From assembly GCA_965213925.1 (NCBI GenBank), contig OZ243927.1:2304001-2368000 (forward strand): DNA of 64,000 nt, read 5' to 3'. This document shows positions 38,094-46,144 of the stretch, piece by piece; position 1 is the first letter of the stretch; each line of letters begins with the position of its first letter. The notes beneath the pieces are model-generated. The model did no database searches and was not told the DNA's origin. It saw only the letters and a program-made list of their open reading frames with translations. The position numbers were made by a program, and so were the translations under genes. The stretch comes from Trueperaceae bacterium. GTDB lineage: Bacteria; Deinococcota; Deinococci; Deinococcales; Trueperaceae.

Positions 38094-38693
38094 CTAAAAG
38101 ATAGGCTTGTCGCCTTTGAGTGAAGGCACGTGTTTGATCCCTACTGCCAAGGCAATAAACGCCGCACTCAAAGTGGCGAGTTGTAAGAATGGAGGCGGGT
38201 GCCCGGTGCGCTCGAGCACCAGAAAAACCGTTATAGGATAGAATAGCGCTAGCACCACCCCAGCCAATGCTACGCGCCTGAGCAGCAACACGAGCACGAT
38301 GAGGAGCGCGAACCCGCTCAGCCCGCCGAGCGGATAGATAGGTAGCGCTACCCCGAGCGTCGTGGCGAGCCCTTTACCGCCGCGAAAGCCGATGTAGGGC
38401 GACCAGATATGCCCCCACACCGCGCCGACGCCAGCGGCGAGACCGGCGCTCAGCGCTGCCGCCGCGAAAGACCCGACGAGAAGCCCTACATACGCCGCGA
38501 GAGCCCCTTTTCCCGCGTCGAGCACGAAGACGAGCAAACCCCACGTCCAGCCTAGATTCCGCGCCGTGTTCATCGCGCCGACGTTGCCCGAGCCGACCGC
38601 TTGGATGCGCGTGCCGCGCAGCCGCGCGATGATGTCGGCACTTGGAAACGCGCCGATGAGGTAGCCGAGTACGAGGGCAAGAAGGGTGCTCAT
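38094..38693 (-). CDS. plsY: Glycerol-3-phosphate acyltransferase PlsY
   Basis: GSGNVGAMN, DAGKG and GH..FRGGKGLAT motifs. Confidence 0.88.
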   Translation of the reverse strand: MSTLLALVLGYLIGAFPSADIIARLRGTRIQAVGSGNVGAMNTARNLGWTWGLLVFVLDAGKGALAAYVGLLVGSFAAAALSAGLAAGVGAVWGHIWSPYIGFRGGKGLATTLGVALPIYPLGGLSGFALLIVLVLLLRRVALAGVVLALFYPITVFLVLERTGHPPPFLQLATLSAAFIALAVGIKHVPSLKGDKPIF

Positions 38694-38696
38694 GTA

Positions 38697-39431
38697 TTAT
38701 GTATTAACGAGCGCCGTGTAACGCCGCAAATTCGTCAAGCTCTCGACCTCGCCGACGTGGTAGGCGAGGTAGCGCGACAAGAGGTTCCAGTGCGTAGGTC
38801 GTTCTGTTAAGGGCTCGTCTAAGACCTCGCGTACGGGGCGTTGATGTAACGTCCAGAGTTCGTCTACCACTTGCGCCGAGAGTTTCAACCCGACGCCGCA
38901 CGCTTCGCAGGTCAGCCCGCCCGAAGCGACGTCGAAGGTGAAGCCGACCTCGCGCTCGCCGCAGCGGACGCAGCGCGTTAAGCGCGGCGCTAAGCCCGCT
39001 TGCGCCAGGAGCCGCCAGCTCATCACGAGCGCCACCGCTTCGGGGTCGTCATGCCGCACCAAGCCGCGCAGCCCGCTCGCTAGGTAGCTGTAGATGCGCT
39101 CGCCTAAATGAACATCCACCGTGAGCTTGTCAGTCAGCTCGGCTAAGACGTGGGCATACGGGTAGATATCCGGGTCGCTCAGTTTCGGCAGTGCGCCGTT
39201 GAGCTGGACCTGCGTGATGAGCGCCAAATCCTCGTCCTGGCGGCGGTAGTGCTGCACGGTGACGTCATGAAATAAGCTCAGCTTGCCCAGGTTGCCGCCC
39301 ACGAGCTTGCCCTTACGCGCCACCCCGCGCCACTTGCCGTCTTCGGACAAAAGCGTGACAATGACGTCGCCGCTCGGCAGCTCAGAGCGGCGCAGCACGA
39401 TGCCCTCACGGACGCTGTAGCGTTTACTCAC
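38697..39431 (-). CDS. recO: DNA repair protein RecO
   Basis: OB-fold N-terminus (GIVLRR..DVIVTLLS) and CxxC...CxxC zinc finger. Confidence 0.9.
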   Translation of the reverse strand: MSKRYSVREGIVLRRSELPSGDVIVTLLSEDGKWRGVARKGKLVGGNLGKLSLFHDVTVQHYRRQDEDLALITQVQLNGALPKLSDPDIYPYAHVLAELTDKLTVDVHLGERIYSYLASGLRGLVRHDDPEAVALVMSWRLLAQAGLAPRLTRCVRCGEREVGFTFDVASGGLTCEACGVGLKLSAQVVDELWTLHQRPVREVLDEPLTERPTHWNLLSRYLAYHVGEVESLTNLRRYTALVNT

Positions 39432-39539
39432 CTCTCCATTTTACGCGCTGCGAGGGGTGAAGAACGTTGCGAGGGGAAGTGATCCGCCACGATAATCGTG
39501 AAGAGGGTTGTGGTGTCGTTCCTACTCAGCCTCAAATTC

Positions 39540-40310
39540 CTACGACCTCTCAAGCGCCCACCTTCCCGAGTGCTCCGACGTTACCTCTTTTCGCAAACGG
39601 TGTTTCGCTACGTAAGTTCGCGCCGCGCGGTAGAACAAAAACCACTGGATGAGCGCGAAGCAGTTGAAGACCAAGTCCGCCGACGATTCGGGAAGGGTAA
39701 CGTAAGAAAGGTCGGCTAAAAACCACGCTCCGGTGGCGGCGCTGATAAAGAGGAAGGGGCGCGTGAGGCTGGCGTCTCCCGAAAACCAGAATGCCAACGC
39801 TGGAACGAGCAGGGCGGCGCTTAAGTAGAGACCGGCGCTGTCGGCGATGGTGACGCCCATCTCGAGGCTAAAAATCAAGCCTAGAATGACGGCGACCAAG
39901 AAGACAACAGCGGCGATAAGCCCGACCACGTAGGTGAGAACCTCGAGGTAGAGCGCCCCGCGCATGCGGTCATACACGATAAAGAGCGCGACAGAGAGCG
40001 CGTACGCCCAAGGGATGACCTGCAAGGTGTAGAGGGTCGCGCCCAAAAACTCCAAGGGGAGCGGCACCTCGCCCACGACGCTCCCGTATACCCAAGCGAG
40101 GTTATGCAAGGTGATGACCGCCGCGGCTAACGCCATCGCCTTGATGCCGCGTTGCCAAGGCAGATTCTGACTCTTGTTCGCGAGCACGCAGAGCCTAAAC
40201 GCCGTGACGCCCAGAAGAAGTGTAAAGCTAAACTCGCTGACGAGTGATGAGACGACGCCGAAAAGCGTGAGCTTACCAATTAGAAAAACGGTGACATAAG
40301 CGAGGATCAT
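39540..40310 (-). CDS. Multi-pass membrane protein
   Basis: About 7 hydrophobic segments; 26 bp downstream of the GGDEF-EAL gene. Confidence 0.7.
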   Translation of the reverse strand: MILAYVTVFLIGKLTLFGVVSSLVSEFSFTLLLGVTAFRLCVLANKSQNLPWQRGIKAMALAAAVITLHNLAWVYGSVVGEVPLPLEFLGATLYTLQVIPWAYALSVALFIVYDRMRGALYLEVLTYVVGLIAAVVFLVAVILGLIFSLEMGVTIADSAGLYLSAALLVPALAFWFSGDASLTRPFLFISAATGAWFLADLSYVTLPESSADLVFNCFALIQWFLFYRAARTYVAKHRLRKEVTSEHSGRWALERS

Positions 40311-40336
40311 CTTCGACCTTTCTTTTGAAACGTGAG

Positions 40337-43060
40337 CTAGGCGACCTTTTGAGGTGCAATATAGGGACCTAAAGGATCGGTCGCTAAAACCTCCTCAAGT
40401 GGCAGCGGTTTGGCGAAGAGGTAGCCCTGACCGTAGGCGCAGCGGAGGTTTTGGAGCGCGGCGCGCTGCGCCTCGGTCTCGATGCCCTCCGCGACGACCT
40501 CCAGATTTAGGCTTTGTGCGAGCGAAAGAATCGCGCGGATGATCTCTACGTTGGTCTCGTCCTCCTGCATCTGGTTGACGAAGCTCCGGTCGATTTTAAG
40601 GAGTTGAATCGGCAGGCTGTGCAGGTACGAGAGTGACGAGTAGCCCGTGCCGAAGTCGTCCATGACGGTCTGCACGCCCAGAGCTTGCAACCGCGCGAGG
40701 TGCGCCGTGGCGAGGTCGTGGTTTTCGATGATGGCGCTTTCTGTAACCTCGAGCTTGAGCTGCCGCGCCGACAGTCCCGTCTTGCTCAGCACCGTGCGAA
40801 CCTCTTCGACCAGCGTGGGCTGGACGAGCTGTTTGCTCGACAAGTTGACGCTGACGCTGACTTCGGATGGCAAGCGCGCCGCTGCGAGTTCACGGCACGC
40901 CTCGCGCAGCACCCACGCGCCGATATTCACGATCAAGCCCGACTCCTCCGCCACCGGGATGAATTCGGCGGGCGAGACGAATCCCTTGACCGGATGCTCC
41001 CAGCGGATGAGCGCCTCCAATGACATGAGCGCACCTGTCTCCAGAGAGAGGATCGGCTGATAGACCAGCCGGAACTCGCCGCGCTGCAGCGCGGCGCGCA
41101 GCTCGGTTTCGGTGCGCTGGTTCGCGGTCGCTTGTTCGTAGATCGTCTCGTCAAAGTGCAGATGAGGTTGCCCCAGCTCCTTCGCGCGGTACATGGCGAT
41201 GTCGGTATTTTCTAATACCACCTCGGCGTCCTCGTAGCCTTCCAAAGACGCCACCACGCCGATGCTCGCGCCCGTATAGACGGTGTGACCGTCCAGCTCA
41301 AAGGCGCGGCCCAACTCAGCCTCGATGCGCGCTAAGAGCGGCTCAACGTTGCTGATGTCCTCGAGCAAGAGGACGAATTCATCGCCGCCGATACGCGCCA
41401 CGAGGTCGCGGCTCCGCACGCACTCCTGAAGGCGCTTGGCGATTTCGATCAGGAGCAGGTCGCCTATCTTATGTCCTAACGAGTCGTTGATAACTTTGAA
41501 GCGGTTTAAGTCCATAAAGAGCACGGCGCACGTATACGCCGGAGTCTCCCCGCTCTTACACAGGGCGTGTTCCAAGCGCTCGGTCAAGAGGAGGCGGTTG
41601 GGCAGCCCCGTGAGTGCGTCGAAGACGCCGCGCTGAGTAATGTCCGTCAGCGACCCCGCCATGCGCACCGCGCGACCGTCCTCGCTGCGCACCGCGACAC
41701 CCCGCACCAACATCCAGCGGTAGCGCCCGTCTCGGTGTGCCATGCGCAGCTCGGTTTCGAACTGCTTGGTTTCGCCTTTTAAGTGCGCGATAAGCTGCGT
41801 ATGAACGCGCTCGCGGTCGTCGGAGTGCGCTAAGCCCGCCCAGAACTCGAGGCTGACCTCACCTTCTTCTAGCCCGAGCATCTCGGCGCAGCGCCCTGAG
41901 AGGGTCAGCTTGCGCGACGCTGTGTCCCAGTCCCACATGCCGTCGTTGGCTCCTCTGGCGGCGAGGGCGTAGCGCTCTTCCGAGTCGCGCAGCGCCCCGA
42001 AGGTCTCCTCTAGTGAAGCGAGTAGCCCGTTGATGTCGCTCGCCAAACGCGCGAGTTCATCCCTACCAATGAGGGTGATGCGCTCAGCGATGTTGCCGCT
42101 TTGAGCGATAAAGCTCACCTTACGGCTTAAAAAGGCGAGGCGTGAGAGCATCAGCCTCTCGACCAGCCCGAGCGCCAAGACGCTAAAGGTCAAGCTCACG
42201 ACGATCATCGTGACGATAAGAAGGCGCACGCTCAGGAGTCCTTGCTCGTAGAGCACGCGCGGGCTCTCGACCTGTAAGACCAGTGCGGGCTCCCCCGAGA
42301 GGTCACTGAGCGCGGTAAAGCCGACGATGGTGTCGCCCGCAGTTCGGCTATAGACCGGGCGCTCGCGAGTGTTCTTGTCCGCGGTGAAAAGTGTCTGCTC
42401 GAGCCCGTCCGTTTGAATAGAAGCGTCGAACGGCGTGAAGGCAACCGAGACGAGCGCCGCTTCTCCGAGCGCCGCCGCCCTCGCCTCGTTGAGGTAACGC
42501 ACCATAACAAACGCGCCTCGAGACGGTACCGTACCCTCGTTGTTAAGGATGGGGCTCGCCGCGACCAGCGCGTGACCCTCGGGTAAACGTACCAGACCGA
42601 CCTGAACCTCGCGCGCCGCGCTCTCAAAAAGCATCTCTTTCAAGAGCGCAACGGTGTCACCGCTAAGCGCCGCGACCTCTTGCGTATCCGTTGCACGCTC
42701 GCCGTGGAGGAGTGCGCCCTCCTCGTTAAAAAGCGCTAGGGCGTCCGCACCGAACGTGTTGAAGAAGTATAGACCTAGATTTTCGTCCAAATAGGTTTCG
42801 TGCTCACCGCCCGCGAAGGCGTACGTGTCGTTCCACTGCGCGTAGTCGACGACTGTCGTGCGCATCGCGCCGAGTGACGCACCAAAAGCGTGCAGTACCC
42901 GCGCCACATCTTCGTGCGCAGCTTGCGCCTCGAGCTGGGAGAAGTTGCGCAGCGACAGCGCCCAGACCGTCACTGAAAGCGTGACGACCAGGCCGACGAG
43001 CACCACAGCGATGGTGAGCGCGGTGCGGAGGCGTAAAGTCACTGTCTGACACCTACGCAA
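40337..43060 (-). CDS. CHASE4-HAMP-PAS-GGDEF-EAL protein (start uncertain)
   Basis: DYAQWNDTY, GRDELARLA, NDGMWDWD, GGDEF with RxxD I-site, EALIRW and DDFGTGYSSL motifs. Confidence 0.92.
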   Translation of the reverse strand: MRRCQTVTLRLRTALTIAVVLVGLVVTLSVTVWALSLRNFSQLEAQAAHEDVARVLHAFGASLGAMRTTVVDYAQWNDTYAFAGGEHETYLDENLGLYFFNTFGADALALFNEEGALLHGERATDTQEVAALSGDTVALLKEMLFESAAREVQVGLVRLPEGHALVAASPILNNEGTVPSRGAFVMVRYLNEARAAALGEAALVSVAFTPFDASIQTDGLEQTLFTADKNTRERPVYSRTAGDTIVGFTALSDLSGEPALVLQVESPRVLYEQGLLSVRLLIVTMIVVSLTFSVLALGLVERLMLSRLAFLSRKVSFIAQSGNIAERITLIGRDELARLASDINGLLASLEETFGALRDSEERYALAARGANDGMWDWDTASRKLTLSGRCAEMLGLEEGEVSLEFWAGLAHSDDRERVHTQLIAHLKGETKQFETELRMAHRDGRYRWMLVRGVAVRSEDGRAVRMAGSLTDITQRGVFDALTGLPNRLLLTERLEHALCKSGETPAYTCAVLFMDLNRFKVINDSLGHKIGDLLLIEIAKRLQECVRSRDLVARIGGDEFVLLLEDISNVEPLLARIEAELGRAFELDGHTVYTGASIGVVASLEGYEDAEVVLENTDIAMYRAKELGQPHLHFDETIYEQATANQRTETELRAALQRGEFRLVYQPILSLETGALMSLEALIRWEHPVKGFVSPAEFIPVAEESGLIVNIGAWVLREACRELAAARLPSEVSVSVNLSSKQLVQPTLVEEVRTVLSKTGLSARQLKLEVTESAIIENHDLATAHLARLQALGVQTVMDDFGTGYSSLSYLHSLPIQLLKIDRSFVNQMQEDETNVEIIRAILSLAQSLNLEVVAEGIETEAQRAALQNLRCAYGQGYLFAKPLPLEEVLATDPLGPYIAPQKVA

Positions 43061-43180
43061 ACAGTGAAGCAGTTTTTAAGTGAGCCTTCCAAGGTTCGTC
43101 TTTGCACGTTTCGCATCACAGTTCTTCTCCTCGCTCCGTCCGTCTGTACCTCAACATAAGTACATGACCCGTCAAGGAGT

Positions 43181-43213
43181 AGCGTAGAGGAAGAGGTCTT
43201 ACGAAAGTCTTAC
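43181..43213 (-). promoter_or_regulatory. Candidate promoter GTAAG-N6-GTAAG-N11-TACGCT
   Basis: Same architecture as 1016-1048. Confidence 0.5.
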
Positions 43214-43380
43214 TTTTCTATTTTCAGCGACCACCCTAAGTTTTGGCGTTAAAATTACCTCTTGATCTGCAGCTTTCTCTCTCACAAGACTGCCACTCTT
43301 ATACCTTAAAATTTAAGGTATATGGGCTCGGGAAAGGTCTCGAAATCACACCCCATCGCAAAAGCGAAAGGCGGTAGGAG

Positions 43381-43758
43381 ATGGCAAACGCACTCAACTG
43401 GTTCGAGATTCCTGTGACCGATTTAGCTAGAGCCAAGGCGTTTTACGAGAAGGTCTTGGACACGGAGCTTACCGACGCGCAAGAGATGGACGAAAGCGGG
43501 ATGGAGATGGCGATGTTTCCAGCTAGCGATGGGGTCGGCGGCGGGCTCGTCAAAAGCGAGACGTGGCAGTATGTACCGAGCCGCACGGCGAGCCTCATCT
43601 ACTTAAACGGCGGCGATGACCTAAGTGTTCCTTTGAGCAAAGTAAAAGAGGCGGGGGGCGAGATTCTCGAGGAGAAGATGGACATCGGCGAAAACGGCTT
43701 TATCGCGCTGTTCGTGGATTCGGAAGGGAATAGGGTAGGGCTGCATTCGATGGGCTGA
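43381..43758 (+). CDS. VOC/glyoxalase family protein
   Basis: WFEIPVTDLARAKAFY and DSEGNRVGLHS motifs. Confidence 0.92.
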   Translation: MANALNWFEIPVTDLARAKAFYEKVLDTELTDAQEMDESGMEMAMFPASDGVGGGLVKSETWQYVPSRTASLIYLNGGDDLSVPLSKVKEAGGEILEEKMDIGENGFIALFVDSEGNRVGLHSMG

Positions 43759-43771
43759 AGGTTGATTTGAA

Positions 43772-43804
43772 GAGGGCGCAGGGGGAATCATCTCCTGCGC
43801 CCTC
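43772..43804. terminator. Hairpin between convergent genes
   Basis: GAGGGCGCAGG/CCTGCGCCCTC stem. Confidence 0.6.
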
Positions 43805-43820
43805 ACTTTGCAGAGGATAG

Positions 43821-44249
43821 TTACAGGCTCGAGCCTAAACCGGGCTTACTAGCTCTACCGTCGGATAAGTAGGTCTTGTAGCGCTTAACATCTCTCGTCA
43901 AAAGGGGCAGCTTCTGAACCGCCGCCTGAGCCCCGATAAAAAAGTCTGGCAAGGTGGACGCCTTCGCGCCGCCCCGCCGCCTGTAGCTCAAAAACACCTT
44001 GCCCGCTAAAAAGAGGGCTTCTCTCGGCAGCGGCGCTATGCCTATAGAGGCAGTGCGTAACGACGCCTCGAGTTCCTCGATTCTTTCAAAGCTGATGGAA
44101 AGCTCTGTGTAGATGACCGGGTTGATCACGAGGTCGTGCGTTCGGGCGTAGCGGCTCAGCATCTGCTCGGACCAGGTAAACCAAACGGGGTCGTCCGAAA
44201 AGATGTCTAATAAAACGTTGCTGTCTACGAGCAGTTTAGGTTTCGCCAT
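43821..44249 (-). CDS. VapC-type PIN toxin
   Basis: LVDSNVLLD, PDFFIGAQA and LLTRD motifs. Confidence 0.9.
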   Translation of the reverse strand: MAKPKLLVDSNVLLDIFSDDPVWFTWSEQMLSRYARTHDLVINPVIYTELSISFERIEELEASLRTASIGIAPLPREALFLAGKVFLSYRRRGGAKASTLPDFFIGAQAAVQKLPLLTRDVKRYKTYLSDGRASKPGLGSSL

Positions 44250-44258
44250 CGTTGCGAG

Positions 44259-44498
44259 TCATGTCGTCATAGTGTCACGAGTCATAGTATTGCGGGTTAG
44301 TGCCATGATCTCGTCCGTGCTCATCGCCACCGTAGCGACGCCGCGCAACCTCTTGAACGGGGTGTCCTCATCCTCTTTCTTAACCAGTACGACGCGGTTC
44401 CCTTCGACGACAAACTCAACCTTGCTGAAGGGGGTGATGCCCAGCTTTTCGCGGATCGCTTGCGGAATAGTAACCTGTCCTTTACTGATGACGCGCAT
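44259..44498 (-). CDS. AbrB/MazE-family antitoxin
   Basis: SKGQVTIPQAIREKLGI motif; directly upstream of the PIN toxin. Confidence 0.9.
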   Translation of the reverse strand: MRVISKGQVTIPQAIREKLGITPFSKVEFVVEGNRVVLVKKEDEDTPFKRLRGVATVAMSTDEIMALTRNTMTRDTMTT

Positions 44499-44618
44499 CC
44501 TTGTCCTCCTAAATTCAGAGTATTACTCTTACTAAGTATTACCAATATATCGTGTCTTTATGCGCATCTTTTGATTGTAGGCAGGCGATTTAGGGACCTC
44601 TCACGTTATAATCGAAAC

Positions 44619-44810
44619 ATGGAACGTATCGTTATTGACCCCGACATCTGCAACGGTCGCCCAACCGTCGAAGGAACGCGCGTCACAGTGAAGACGATTC
44701 TCGAGTTTCTAGGCGCAGGCGACTCTGTAGAGGATATTTTGAGCGAGTACCCGAGCCTTGCACGCGAAGACATCGAATCTCTCATTCCTAATGAGGCTTC
44801 TACCTCTTAG
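44619..44810 (+). CDS. DUF433 protein, probably C-terminally truncated
   Basis: IDPDICNGRPTVEGTRVTV motif; TATAAT-N6-ATG start; sequence diverges after REDI. Confidence 0.7.
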   Translation: MERIVIDPDICNGRPTVEGTRVTVKTILEFLGAGDSVEDILSEYPSLAREDIESLIPNEASTS

Positions 44811-44832
44811 CTTTTGTCGTTATACTCTTCTT

Positions 44833-45063
44833 ATGAGTCTCACCTATGTCACAGACCGTATCACCGTCAATCCTAAACAGTGTGGGGGCAAGCCTTGCAT
44901 TCGCGGGATGCGCATTCGGGTCATCGACGTTTTAGATTTGCTCGCTAACGGCTTGAGCGTTGATGATGTTTTGGCCGAATTTCCTAAGCTCGAGCGCGAG
45001 GATGTTCTAGCTGCTATTAAATACGCCAGAGACCAAGTCAATCACGTGGTACTTGCCGCTTGA
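44833..45063 (+). CDS. DUF433 antitoxin-like protein
   Basis: QCGGKPCIRGMRIRV motif; TATACT-N6-ATG start. Confidence 0.9.
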   Translation: MSLTYVTDRITVNPKQCGGKPCIRGMRIRVIDVLDLLANGLSVDDVLAEFPKLEREDVLAAIKYARDQVNHVVLAA

Positions 45064-45416
45064 AGCTCTGGCTCGACGCACACCTCTCTGCTCACCTTGC
45101 TCCTTGGATAAGTAAACGGTTTGCTGTAGACGCCTACTCTTTGGAATACCTCGAGCTTGATGAAGCGGAAGATGACGCAATTTTTAGTGCGGCGCGTGAG
45201 GCAGGCGCAAACGTCATGACCAAAGATGAAGACTTCGTCAGTTTGCAAAAGCGCCTTGGCGCACCGCCCAATCTTATTTGGATAACCTGTGGCAACACGT
45301 CTAACGTTTACCTGCGCAACGTGCTAAGTCAAACGCTCCGAGATGCGCTAGATGCACTGCTGGCTGGAAATACTCTTGTGGAGATAAGCGACGCAGTGAA
45401 GCCAAACGAGAGGTGA
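45060..45416 (+). CDS. DUF5615 PIN-like toxin
   Basis: LWLDAHLS, TKDEDF and PPNLIWITCGN motifs; overlaps the DUF433 stop. Confidence 0.88.
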   Translation: MKLWLDAHLSAHLAPWISKRFAVDAYSLEYLELDEAEDDAIFSAAREAGANVMTKDEDFVSLQKRLGAPPNLIWITCGNTSNVYLRNVLSQTLRDALDALLAGNTLVEISDAVKPNER

Positions 45417-45629
45417 AATTTGAATCTTTGTACTCAGTTGTTGAGGAGGCTCGAGCCAAGCTGTGACTTCAACGTTCTTGTGCCCATTCAACCTTCGCTA
45501 AGTCCACACATTCTATGCGGCGGTTTTCTGGACAAAAATGTAATCGCATTTCGGCGGTGGTAAGCCTACTTTGTCGGTTTAACTTCTCTCTACAAAGCTA
45601 GAATTTCAAATTTTACATTTCAAAAGCAG

Positions 45630-46112
45630 GTGAGGTTGACATATGCTTATGTTTCGATGTCATCAGCACAGCAACCTACACGTACTGAACCCTCCACAAT
45701 TTTGCAGCCGTACCGAAAACAACTTGTACTCTTGGGACTTTTTATTTTCGTTCTTTGGCTACCCTTCCTGATAGGGTTTCGTAACGTTTCCGAGAATGTC
45801 AGGGACAACATTGAGGAGCAGCTAGAGACCTACATTGAAACTGGTACGAACCAGCCCTGGGTTTATCGGTATCCTGTAGCTTCAGGAGAGAGCAAAACCG
45901 ATATTCAGCTCTTAACCGTCCAAATTAAACCCGATCTTCTGAAGACCTTGACCCGCGGATGTAGCGACGTTCGAAGTTGCAATTCGCCCAATTTTTTTAA
46001 GCGTTGGTATAGGATTGATGCAACGTATCAAAGGAACGGCGTCACCTTTGAGAAAAAGTTCTATGCGATTCGCAAACCGAATATATACGTAGAGATTGTG
46101 GAGTACGATTGA
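45630..46112 (+). CDS. Hypothetical membrane-anchored protein
   Basis: One TM segment; AT-richer ORF; start uncertain. Confidence 0.55.
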   Translation: MRLTYAYVSMSSAQQPTRTEPSTILQPYRKQLVLLGLFIFVLWLPFLIGFRNVSENVRDNIEEQLETYIETGTNQPWVYRYPVASGESKTDIQLLTVQIKPDLLKTLTRGCSDVRSCNSPNFFKRWYRIDATYQRNGVTFEKKFYAIRKPNIYVEIVEYD

Positions 46113-46144
46113 CGCTCCGAACTCAGGTCACTTAGAACCTATGT

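Noticed and set aside
39432..39540. Radiation-desiccation response motif upstream of recO (also checked upstream of sbcD)
   Set aside because: No matching palindrome seen
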